DNA from: an uncultured Eubacteriales bacterium
Lineage (GTDB): Bacteria; Bacillota; Clostridia; Christensenellales; Aristaeellaceae
Direction: 5' to 3'
DNA length: 64,000 nt
Assembly: GCA_902764185.1 (NCBI GenBank)
Contig: CACWUV010000001.1
Location: 12,258-76,257, forward strand
Each line of letters opens with the position of its first letter. The first letter of the stretch is position 1. Below are positions 10,005 to 18,519 of the stretch, piece by piece. Made by a program: the position numbers and the translations under genes. A model generated the notes under the pieces. It saw only the letters and a list, made by a program, of their open reading frames with translations. It had not been told where the DNA came from and did not search any database.

Positions 10005-10916
10005 ATGGAAAAAATCACGATGAAATCCGTTTCCGGCAAGCCCTTGCAGGTGTACGTCTGGCCCATCGAAAAGCCCCGTGCCGCCATTCAATTGGTGCAC
10101 GGCATGGCGGAGCACATGGGCCGCTATGACCGGCTGGCCCTGGCCCTCAACGCCGCGGGCTATGCCGTGGTGGGCCACGATCACCTGGGCCACGGGCCCA
10201 TCGCCGATAAAAACGAGCTGGGCTACTTTGGCCCCAAGGACGGCTGGGACTGCCTGATCCGGGACATGAAGCAGGTGACGGATTACATGAAGCAGCGCTT
10301 TCCCGGCCTGAAATACGTCCTGCTGGGGCACAGCATGGGCAGCTTCGCCACCCGGGAATACCTGATCCGCTACGGCAAGGAGCTGGACGCCTGCGTCATC
10401 AGCGGCACGGGCTGGCATCCCGCCGCTCTGGCCACCGCCGCCCGCGGCATGGCGGCCATGTGCGGGATGTTCAGCTGGACCAAGCCCGCCAACCTGGTCA
10501 ACAATATGGGTTTTGGCAGCTACAACAAGGCCTTTGCCCCCGCCCGCACGGCCTTCGACTGGCTGAGCCGGGACGAAAAAGAGGTGGACAAGTACGTGGC
10601 CGACCCGCTGTGCGGCTTTGTGTTCACCGCCCGGGGCTTCTATGACATGTTCGGCGGCCTGAAGGAGCTGAGCAAGCTGGAGCGGCTGAACGCCATGCCG
10701 TCAGATCTGCCCGTCTATTTCCTCTCCGGGGCCATGGACCCCGTGGGCGCCGCCGGCGTTGGGGTCAAAACCGTGGCGGAGCAGTTCAAAAACGCGGGCA
10801 TGCGGGACGTGACCGTCAAGCTCTACGAGGGCGGTCGGCACGAGATGTTCAACGAAATCAACCGGGACGAGGTCACGGCCGATCTGATCGCCTGGCTGGA
10901 CAGGAAGGTGAAGTAA
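10005..10916 (+). CDS. Alpha/beta hydrolase (lysophospholipase/monoacylglycerol-lipase-like)
   Basis: HGMAEH...GHDHLGHG and a GHSMGS nucleophile elbow. About 300 aa. Confidence 0.8.
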   Translation: MEKITMKSVSGKPLQVYVWPIEKPRAAIQLVHGMAEHMGRYDRLALALNAAGYAVVGHDHLGHGPIADKNELGYFGPKDGWDCLIRDMKQVTDYMKQRFPGLKYVLLGHSMGSFATREYLIRYGKELDACVISGTGWHPAALATAARGMAAMCGMFSWTKPANLVNNMGFGSYNKAFAPARTAFDWLSRDEKEVDKYVADPLCGFVFTARGFYDMFGGLKELSKLERLNAMPSDLPVYFLSGAMDPVGAAGVGVKTVAEQFKNAGMRDVTVKLYEGGRHEMFNEINRDEVTADLIAWLDRKVK

Positions 10917-10917
10917 G

Positions 10918-11886
10918 ATGCCCAACATTTATCGTCCTTTTCCCGGCGACATCACCCATGTCCACGGCATCCGGGTGGGCCAGGCCCAGAACCTGGAGGC
11001 CATGACCGGCGTCACCGTGGTGCTGGCTCCGGCCCAGGGAGCCACCGGCGGCGTGTCCGTGCGCGGCGCGGCGCCCGGCACCCGGGAGACCGACCTTTTG
11101 AAGCCCGGCAACCTGGTGGAGGCCGCCCACGCCGTGGTGCTCTCCGGCGGCAGCGCCTACGGCCTGGCCGCGGCGGACGGCGTGATGCAGTATCTGGAGC
11201 GCATGGGCGTGGGCCTGGATATGAACGGCAACCGCGTGCCCATCGTGCCCGCCGCCGTGCTCTACGACCTGGAGGTGGGGGACGGCGCCGTGCGTCCCGA
11301 CGCCGCCATGGGCTATTCCGCCTGCATGAACGCGGGCAAGGGCATGGCCCAGGGCCGCGTGGGCGCGGGCACCGGGGCCACCGTGGGCAAGCTGGTGGTG
11401 GGGGCCAAGCCCCAGCAGAGCGGCGTGGGCAGCGCCAGTATCACCCTGCCCGAGGGCGTCACCGTGGGCGCGGTGGCGGCGGTGAACGCCGTGGGCGACG
11501 TGTATCATCCCGCCACGGGCGAATGCATCGGCTGCGCCACCATGGAGGACGGCGCGCGGGTGCCTGCCGAGGGCTTGCTGATGGGTCAGCGGGCCGCCCG
11601 GCAAACCCTGCACATCCCCGCCCCCGGCACCAACACCACCATCAGCGTAGTGGCCGTGGACTGCAAGCTCTCGAAGGAGCAGTGCAACCGCCTGGCCGAC
11701 CTGGCCCACGACGGCTACGCCCGCACCATCCGTCCCGTACACACCCAGATGGACGGCGACACCGTGTTTGCCCTGGCCACCGGCCGGGTGAGCAACGACG
11801 TGAACTTCATCAAGCTCTGCGCCGCCGCCAGCGAGGTCATGGCCCGGGCCATCGCCAACGCCATCCTCTTCTCCCAGGACGCATGA
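10918..11886 (+). CDS. P1/S58 family peptidase (DmpA-like aminopeptidase)
   Basis: N-terminal GDITHVHGIRVGQAQ...TGVTVVL...GGVSVRGAAPGTRETDLL is typical of the DmpA/S58 family. Confidence 0.8.
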   Translation: MPNIYRPFPGDITHVHGIRVGQAQNLEAMTGVTVVLAPAQGATGGVSVRGAAPGTRETDLLKPGNLVEAAHAVVLSGGSAYGLAAADGVMQYLERMGVGLDMNGNRVPIVPAAVLYDLEVGDGAVRPDAAMGYSACMNAGKGMAQGRVGAGTGATVGKLVVGAKPQQSGVGSASITLPEGVTVGAVAAVNAVGDVYHPATGECIGCATMEDGARVPAEGLLMGQRAARQTLHIPAPGTNTTISVVAVDCKLSKEQCNRLADLAHDGYARTIRPVHTQMDGDTVFALATGRVSNDVNFIKLCAAASEVMARAIANAILFSQDA

Positions 11887-12257
11887 TCCGCGGGCTGGGC
11901 TGCGACGTGTGCGCCATATCGCGCATGCAGAAAATCATGGAAAATCCCCGCTTTCTGGAGCGCTGGTTCACGGAATACGAGCGGGAATATATTGGCGCGC
12001 GCAAAAACAGCGCCCACACCGCGGCGGGGCTCTTTGCCGCCAAGGAGGCCTTCGTCAAGGCCCTGGGCGCGGGCTTTGCGGCTTTGACGCCGGACAAGGT
12101 GAGCGTCCGCCACGACGGCCAGGGCGCGCCTTATTACGCCATCAATGAAGTCATGGAGGCGGCCATGCGGCAGAAGGGGGCCAGCGCCGCCCATCTGTCC
12201 ATCTCCCATGACGGAGACGCAGCCATGGCCGTGGCCATCCTGGAGGGAGCAGCATGA
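11883..12257 (+). CDS. acpS: Holo-[acyl-carrier-protein] synthase
   Basis: ATG 11883 overlaps the upstream stop (ATGA). MIRGLGCDVCAISR...AAKEAFVKALG...LSISHDGDAAMAVAILE. About 124 aa. Confidence 0.85.
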   Translation: MIRGLGCDVCAISRMQKIMENPRFLERWFTEYEREYIGARKNSAHTAAGLFAAKEAFVKALGAGFAALTPDKVSVRHDGQGAPYYAINEVMEAAMRQKGASAAHLSISHDGDAAMAVAILEGAA

Positions 12258-13669
12258 AACGCATCGTCACGCCGGAGGAAATGCGGCAGATGGAGCAGGC
12301 GGCCTTTAAAGGGGGCGTCAGCTCTCTGCTGCTGATGGAAACCGCCGCCCGGGAGGCTTTTTTGCGCCTGCGAAGGCTGCTACCCCGGGGCGGGCGGGTG
12401 GTTTTCCTGTGCGGTCCCGGCAACAACGGCGGCGACGGCCTGGCCATGGCCCGCATGTGGCGGCTCGCCGGCGGCGACGCCCGGGTGATCTTGCCCCGGG
12501 AATCCGCCACCCCGGACGCCCAGGTCAACCTGCGCTATTTGCGGGCGCTGGGCGTGCCCTTCGCATCGGAAATCGGCCAGGCGGACGTCCTTGTGGATGC
12601 CCTGTTCGGCACGGGCTTCCGCGGGAGCATCGACCCCGGCAGCGACATGGGCCGCCTGATTGAGCGCGCCAACGCCGCAGGCTGTCCCATCCTGGCGGTG
12701 GACATCCCCAGCGGCATGGACGGGCTGACGGGCCAGGTGTCCGGCGCGTGCATCCACGCCGCGGAGACCGTCACATTCCACGCGGCCAAGCGGGGGCTGA
12801 TTCTGACCTCCCGGCCCGAGCTGGTGGGCCGCCTGCATGTGGCGGACATCGGCCTGACCGGCGACGCCGGCCTTTTGTGGGCGGACGATCTGGCCGAACT
12901 GCTGCCGCCCCGGCCCGCCACGGCTCACAAGGGGGACTGCGGCCGGGTGACGCTGTACGCGGGCAGCCTGGGCATGGCGGGAGCCGCCGTCATGGCTGCC
13001 AAGGCCGCGCTGCGGGCGGGCAGCGGATTGGTGACGGTGCTGTGCGAAGGGGAGATCATGCCTATTCTGCAAGCTGCCGTGCCCAATGCCATGTGCCGCC
13101 TGCCGTCCGACCCGCCTGCGGCGGACGCCCGGCTTTACGGCTGCGGCTTGACGGAAAACGAGGAAACCTGGCAGCGCCTCTGCGCGCTGCATGACGAGAA
13201 CATGCCCGAGGTGTGGGACGCGGGCGCTCTGAACCTGCTGGCCCGCCATCCCATGGCCCTGGGCAAGAATGCCGTGATCACCCCCCACGCGGGGGAGGCC
13301 GCCCGGCTGCTGGGCTGGACGATCCCGCAGGTGACGGGGGATATGCCCGCCGCCGCCGAAGCGCTGCGGCAGAAATTTGCCTGCAGCGTGATCCTCAAAT
13401 CCCATGTTTCCGTGCTCTGCGCCGCGGACGGGACGCTGGCCGTCAATACGGCGGGCTCCGCCGCTCTGGCCAAGGGCGGCAGCGGCGACGCCCTGGCGGG
13501 GATATTGACCTCCCTCCTGGGGCAAGGTCTGGATTTTCTGCCCGCCATGCAGACCGCCAGCCTGTGGCTGGGCCTGGCCGGACAGCGCGCCGGGGAAAAA
13601 TACGGCCTGCGCGGGGCCCTGACCGGCGATGTGATCGACTGCATGGGGGAGGCCGCGGGCTGCGGCTGA
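12254..13669 (+). CDS. nnr: Bifunctional NAD(P)H-hydrate repair enzyme (epimerase/ADP-dependent dehydratase)
   Basis: YjeF_N region (CGPGNNGGDGLAMAR) plus the carbohydrate-kinase-like C-domain (HKGDCGRV...GGSGDALAG). 4-nt overlap with acpS. Confidence 0.88.
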   Translation: MKRIVTPEEMRQMEQAAFKGGVSSLLLMETAAREAFLRLRRLLPRGGRVVFLCGPGNNGGDGLAMARMWRLAGGDARVILPRESATPDAQVNLRYLRALGVPFASEIGQADVLVDALFGTGFRGSIDPGSDMGRLIERANAAGCPILAVDIPSGMDGLTGQVSGACIHAAETVTFHAAKRGLILTSRPELVGRLHVADIGLTGDAGLLWADDLAELLPPRPATAHKGDCGRVTLYAGSLGMAGAAVMAAKAALRAGSGLVTVLCEGEIMPILQAAVPNAMCRLPSDPPAADARLYGCGLTENEETWQRLCALHDENMPEVWDAGALNLLARHPMALGKNAVITPHAGEAARLLGWTIPQVTGDMPAAAEALRQKFACSVILKSHVSVLCAADGTLAVNTAGSAALAKGGSGDALAGILTSLLGQGLDFLPAMQTASLWLGLAGQRAGEKYGLRGALTGDVIDCMGEAAGCG

Positions 13670-13737
13670 TGTGATTGCCCAATTAAAACAAGACGCTGGA
13701 AAACAGTTATTTGACGAGGATCTTATAATAACTAACG

Positions 13738-13902
13738 AAGCTCTGATGAAATGAGTTGGTCGGATGACGGGCATGTTTTTTGTGAGTTAGCGAGAGCGGG
13801 CCGACAGGCCCCGGAGCCGAAGGCTAAATCGAGATTTTTATGCGCAGCAGATCGCAATAAAGATGCCATCAGCCGTGCCGTCGAATGAATCAGAGATTTC
13901 CT
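13738..13902. repeat. R2 element, copy a
   Basis: Near-identical to 19784-20016 except for a roughly 66-bp block present only in copy b. The termini AAGCTCTGATGAAATG... and ...GAATGAATCAGAGNTTCCT are inverted repeats. Confidence 0.8.
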
Positions 13903-13956
13903 AATTTCTTCGGGGTTGTTTCTCCGGAAACGGCCCCTTTCTTAATGGAGGACGCC

Positions 13957-14547
13957 ATGGAACTGATCATCGCCACCAACAACGCCGGCAAGGTGCGGGA
14001 ATATAAGGAGATCTTGACGCCCCTGGGCTATCAGGTGTTTTCCCAGGGAGAAAAGGACGTGCACCTGGAGGTGGAGGAGACCGGCAGCACCTTCCAGGAA
14101 AACGCCATGCTCAAGGCCCGGGCGGTCTACGACATCGCCCGCTGCCCCGTGCTGGCGGACGACAGCGGCCTGGAGGTCCGCGCCCTGGGCGGCGCGCCGG
14201 GCATCTATTCCGCCCGGTATCTGGGCCTGCCCACCGAGCACGCGCGGCGCATGGCCATATTGGACGGCCTGCGGGATCAGGCCGACCGCTCCGCCCGCTT
14301 CATCTGCTGCATCTGCTATATCGACACCGCGGGCCAGCCCCATCTGTTCACCGGCGTGTGGCCGGGAACCATCGCGCTCCAGGAGGCGGGCGAAAACGGC
14401 TTCGGCTATGACCCCATCTTCATTGCCGAGGACGCCCAGGGCCACACCACCGCCAGCCTGCCCCTGACCTTCAAGGAGACCCACTCCCATCGGGCTAAGG
14501 CGGTGGGGCTGCTGATGAAATGGCTGGAAAAAGAGAAAGGGCTTTAA
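13957..14547 (+). CDS. rdgB: XTP/dITP diphosphatase (HAM1/RdgB family)
   Basis: ORF 13885..14547, with the start moved to ATG 13957 behind GGAGGA because the longer N-terminus would lie inside repeat R2. MELIIATNNAGKVREYKEIL...GFGYDPIF. Confidence 0.88.
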   Translation: MELIIATNNAGKVREYKEILTPLGYQVFSQGEKDVHLEVEETGSTFQENAMLKARAVYDIARCPVLADDSGLEVRALGGAPGIYSARYLGLPTEHARRMAILDGLRDQADRSARFICCICYIDTAGQPHLFTGVWPGTIALQEAGENGFGYDPIFIAEDAQGHTTASLPLTFKETHSHRAKAVGLLMKWLEKEKGL

Positions 14548-14574
14548 AAACAGGAATTGGATACTGTTTGTTTT

Positions 14575-14605
14575 AGATCCTGCTGGCCTTCGGCCAGCAG
14601 GATCT
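14575..14605 (+). terminator. Hairpin downstream of rdgB (terminator-like, weak U-tract)
   Basis: agatcctgctggcc-ttc-ggccagcaggatct. The stem sequence is nearly the same as the 3894-3929 hairpin. Confidence 0.4.
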
Positions 14606-14689
14606 TATAATAACTAACTTACTATTTTTGTTTATCCAATTCTATGCGTACAGCAGCCGGCTTTCCAGGTCAAGGGGATAAAAATTCAT

Positions 14690-14718
14690 GTGAAAACGTA
14701 TCTGTTATATGCTATAAT
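14690..14718 (+). promoter_or_regulatory. Extended -10 promoter candidate for the multi-SBD ABC operon
   Basis: TGcTATAAT at 14710-14718. The -35 is poor (gtgaaa). Confidence 0.35.
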
Positions 14719-14757
14719 AAATTTGACAATCGCATCGAAAAAAAGGATGGCATTGCT

Positions 14758-17700
14758 ATGAAGAAATTGCTTGTATTGCTGGCGGCGCTGCTGCTGTGCG
14801 TAGGCGGAGCTCACGCCGAGATCACCGCCGCGGCGCAGCTGAACGCTTCGGGCGTCACCGTGGGCGTGGATCAGGGCAGCGCGGCGGAGCTCACCGTGCG
14901 GGAGCTGCTGCCCCATGCCTCCATGGCCTATTTTACCGACAAATTCATGGGCTACACCGCCGTGGCCCAGGGTAAGATCGACGCCTTTGTGTACGACCGC
15001 CGCCAGATGCAGCTGGCCATCGAGGGCGGCCAGGCGGGCGTGCATCTGCTGGACGACACCCTGGGCGACACGGTGAAGGTCGCCGTGGGCCTGTCCCCCG
15101 TATCGAAGATCCCCGACCTGGAAGGCAAGATCAACCAGTTCATCGCGGCTCTGCGGGCGGACGGCACCCTGGACGATATGTACCGCCGCTGGGTGTCGGA
15201 CGGCAACGAAGCCATGCCCAAGATCACCCTGCCCGGCAGCCCCAGCCTGCATCTGACCGTGGGCACCAGCGGCATCGTGCCGCCCTACAGCTATTATCAG
15301 GATGGAAAGCTGAACGGCTACGATATTGAATTGGCCTATCGCTTCGCCGCCTGGCTGGGCGCGGACGTGGAATTCAAGGTGTACGATTACGGCGCCATCA
15401 TCCCCGCCGCCCTGACCGGCGACGTGGACTGCGTGATGGCCAACCTGAACCTGACCCCCGAGCGCCAGGAAGCCATGACCTTCTCGGACATCCTCTATGA
15501 AAGCGAGCTGGGCATCCTGGTGCGGGGGGAGACCGCCGCGGCTGAACCCGCGCCCGCCTGGGCCGCCTACAACGGCAAGCGCCTGGGCGTGCTCACCGGC
15601 CCGCTGATGGAGGACATCGCCCACGCCAACTTTCCCGACAGCGAATACATGCTGTTCAACAGCTATCCCGACTGCATCACCGCGCTGATGTCGGGCCGCA
15701 TCGACGCCTATCTGGGCGACGAGCCCGGCCTCAAATCCGTCCACGCGGAGCAGCCCCGGATCGACTATATCCGCGAGCGGATCACCAACCAGGAATACAG
15801 CTTCGCCTTCCGCAAGAACGACCCGGAAAGCGCCAGGCTGTGCGAAGAACTCAACGCCTTCCTGGCCCAGAGCCACGCGGACGGCACCATGCAGGAGCTG
15901 GATGACATCTGGTTTGGTGTGGATGAAGGCCGCAAGGTGGTGGATATGAGCGGCCTCACCGGTGAAAACGGCACCATCCGCGTGGTCACCACCTCCACGG
16001 ATATGCCCTGGTCCTACATCAAGGACGGCAAAAACGTGGGCTATGACATCGATCTGGTGGTGCGCTTCTGCCGGGCCGCGGGCTATAAGCTGGAGCTGGG
16101 CGACGTGGACTTTGCCGCCCGCATCCCGGCCATCCAGAGCGGCAAATACGATTTTACCACCGACATGAACGTGACGGAGGAGCGCAAGGAGCAGGTGCTC
16201 TTTTCCGATCCCACCAGCACCGGCGGCGTGGTGCTGGCCATCCTGACGGACGGCACCGAGCCGAAGGCCGCCCAGGAAGCGCCCGCCGACCCCCTCAGCC
16301 CCCTGGCCTGGAACGGCAAGCGCATGGGCATCCTGACGGGTACCAGCTTTGAAGCCCCTACGCTGGCGTTCTTTCCCGACAGCGAATACCTGTACTATAA
16401 CAGCTACACCGACGTGACCGCCGCGCTGGCCAACAATAAGATCGACGGCTTCCTGGGCGACGAGCCCGCGCTGCGCATCCTGGCCGGCGAAGTGCCCGAA
16501 GTCACCTATCTGTCCGAAAAACTGGTCAGCGACGAATACGCCTTCGGCTTTGGCAAGAGCGGAGCGCGGGCGGATACCATCCGGGGCCAGTTCAACGAAA
16601 TGCTGGCGGAGATCATGGCCGACGGCACCCTGGACGCCCTGAACGAAAAGTGGTTCGGTGACGATGAAGCCGCCAAGGTGGTGGATCTGAAGAACGGCTT
16701 CTCCGGCGAAAACGGAAAATTGAACGTGGCGACCACCGCCACCGACGTGCCTTTCTCCTATGTGAAGGATAATGAGTATGTCGGCCTGTCCATCGAGCTG
16801 GTGGAGCTGTTCTGCCGCCGCTACGGCTATACGCCGGTCGTCGAGAACGTGGACTTCGCCGCCCGCATTCCCGGCCTGGTCAGCGGCAAATACGACATGT
16901 GCGCCTCCTCCATGGCCATCACCGAGGAGCGCAAGGAAAGCATCAGTTTTTCCGATCCCTTCTATCAGGGCGGCATCGTGCTGGCTGTGCGGAAAGGGGA
17001 CGCGCCCGCTGAGACAGCGGAAAGCGCCGGAGCGTCCCATGGGGAGGCGGCAAGGGCCCTGGCCGCGCTGAACGGCCGGCGCATCGGCGTGCAGACCGGC
17101 ACCAGCTTTGACAAGTCCGTCGCCGCGCTGTTCCCCGACGCGCAGATCGAATATTACAACTCCAAGCCCGACATGATCAACGCGCTGCAAACCCGCAAGA
17201 TCGACGCCTACGCCGTGGACGAGCCCGTGGCCAAGGCCCAGATGCAGCAAAACGACAAGCTGACCTACATCCCCGAATACATGGAGCACTTTGACTTTGC
17301 CTACGTGTTCCCCAAGACCCAGGCGGGCCAGGCGCTGTGCGATCAGTTCAGCGAATACCTGGCGACCATCCGGGCGGACGGCACGCTGGCCGAAATCGAG
17401 GCCAAGTGGTTCAGCGAGGACGAGAGCGTCAAGACCTTGGCGGACTACGCGGCCTTCCCCGCCGTCAACGGCACCCTGAACATGGCCACCGAAGCCATGT
17501 ACGAGCCCTTCAGCTATGTCAAGGGCAATGAAATTGTGGGCTACGACATCGACGTCGCGGTGGGCTTCTGCCAGGCCTATGGCTACGGCCTCAAGATCAC
17601 CGACATGAACTTTGACGCCGTGCTGCCCGCCGTGCAGAGCGGCAAGTGCGACTTTGGCGGCGCGGGCATCACCATCACCGAGGAGCGCAAGGAAAGCGTG

Positions 17701-18519
17701 CTCTTCTCCGCCCCCAACTTCTCCGGCGGCACCGTGATGACGGTGCTGAAGGCCGACGCCCAGCCCGCCGCCCAGACCCCGGCCGCCGCGCCCTCCGGGC
17801 TCAGCGTATTCTGGGAGGATATCCAGGCCAGCTTCAGCAAGACCTTCCTCCGCGAAAACCGCTGGCAATTGTTCCTGGAAGGCGTGGGCAACACCATGCT
17901 GATCACCGTGCTGGCCATCCTGTTTGGCACGGCCCTGGGCTTCCTGGTGTTCATGCTGTGCCGCAACGGCAACCCTGCGGCCAACGGCGTCAGCCGCTTC
18001 AGCATGTGGCTGGTGCAGGGCATGCCCATGGTGGTGCTGCTCATGATCCTCTACTACATCGTCTTTGGCCGTGTGGCCATCAGCGGCATCGCGGTGGCCG
18101 TCATCGGCTTTACCCTGACCTTTGGCTCGGCGGTGTTCGGCATGCTCAAGATGGGCGTGGGCTCCGTGGACAGGGGCCAATACGAGGCTGCTTACGCCCT
18201 GGGCCACAGCAACCGCCACACCTTCTTCCGGATCATTCTGCCCCAGGCCATCCCCCTGGTGCTGCCCGCCTTCCAGGGCGAGATCGTGGGCCTCATCAAA
18301 GCCACGGCCATCGTGGGCTACATCGCCGTGCAGGATCTGACCAAGATGGGCGACATCGTGCGCAGCCGCACCTACGAGGCCTTCTTCCCCCTGATCGCCA
18401 TCACCGTCATCTACTTTATGCTGGAAGGGCTGCTCAGCTTCGCCGTCAGCCGCATCCGCATCGACCCCAAGAAGCGCAAGCGTGAAAATATCCTCAAGGG
18501 GGTGAACCTCCATGATTAA
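14758..18519 (+). CDS. ABC amino-acid importer: signal peptide, four tandem SBP_bac_3-like repeats, then a His/Glu/Gln/Arg-type permease domain
   Basis: ORF 14644..18519, with the start at ATG 14758 (MKKLLVLLAALLLCVGGAHA). There are four repeats of roughly 235 aa (about 14818-15531, 15556-16248, 16300-16998, 17056-17751). Each contains GK(R)(L/I)GV..G...D(A/G)(Y/F).. and ...ADGT...W(F/V), followed by ...PFSY....G.DI.L......G......DF...IP...SGK.D...... The permease domain runs from about 17806 (LFLEGVGNTMLITVLAILFG...). Confidence 0.85.
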   Translation: MKKLLVLLAALLLCVGGAHAEITAAAQLNASGVTVGVDQGSAAELTVRELLPHASMAYFTDKFMGYTAVAQGKIDAFVYDRRQMQLAIEGGQAGVHLLDDTLGDTVKVAVGLSPVSKIPDLEGKINQFIAALRADGTLDDMYRRWVSDGNEAMPKITLPGSPSLHLTVGTSGIVPPYSYYQDGKLNGYDIELAYRFAAWLGADVEFKVYDYGAIIPAALTGDVDCVMANLNLTPERQEAMTFSDILYESELGILVRGETAAAEPAPAWAAYNGKRLGVLTGPLMEDIAHANFPDSEYMLFNSYPDCITALMSGRIDAYLGDEPGLKSVHAEQPRIDYIRERITNQEYSFAFRKNDPESARLCEELNAFLAQSHADGTMQELDDIWFGVDEGRKVVDMSGLTGENGTIRVVTTSTDMPWSYIKDGKNVGYDIDLVVRFCRAAGYKLELGDVDFAARIPAIQSGKYDFTTDMNVTEERKEQVLFSDPTSTGGVVLAILTDGTEPKAAQEAPADPLSPLAWNGKRMGILTGTSFEAPTLAFFPDSEYLYYNSYTDVTAALANNKIDGFLGDEPALRILAGEVPEVTYLSEKLVSDEYAFGFGKSGARADTIRGQFNEMLAEIMADGTLDALNEKWFGDDEAAKVVDLKNGFSGENGKLNVATTATDVPFSYVKDNEYVGLSIELVELFCRRYGYTPVVENVDFAARIPGLVSGKYDMCASSMAITEERKESISFSDPFYQGGIVLAVRKGDAPAETAESAGASHGEAARALAALNGRRIGVQTGTSFDKSVAALFPDAQIEYYNSKPDMINALQTRKIDAYAVDEPVAKAQMQQNDKLTYIPEYMEHFDFAYVFPKTQAGQALCDQFSEYLATIRADGTLAEIEAKWFSEDESVKTLADYAAFPAVNGTLNMATEAMYEPFSYVKGNEIVGYDIDVAVGFCQAYGYGLKITDMNFDAVLPAVQSGKCDFGGAGITITEERKESVLFSAPNFSGGTVMTVLKADAQPAAQTPAAAPSGLSVFWEDIQASFSKTFLRENRWQLFLEGVGNTMLITVLAILFGTALGFLVFMLCRNGNPAANGVSRFSMWLVQGMPMVVLLMILYYIVFGRVAISGIAVAVIGFTLTFGSAVFGMLKMGVGSVDRGQYEAAYALGHSNRHTFFRIILPQAIPLVLPAFQGEIVGLIKATAIVGYIAVQDLTKMGDIVRSRTYEAFFPLIAITVIYFMLEGLLSFAVSRIRIDPKKRKRENILKGVNLHD

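Noticed and set aside
13885-13956. Longer N-terminus for rdgB starting at 13885.
   Set aside because: Those codons lie inside repeat R2. ATG 13957 has a GGAGGA RBS and gives the canonical MELIIATNN start.
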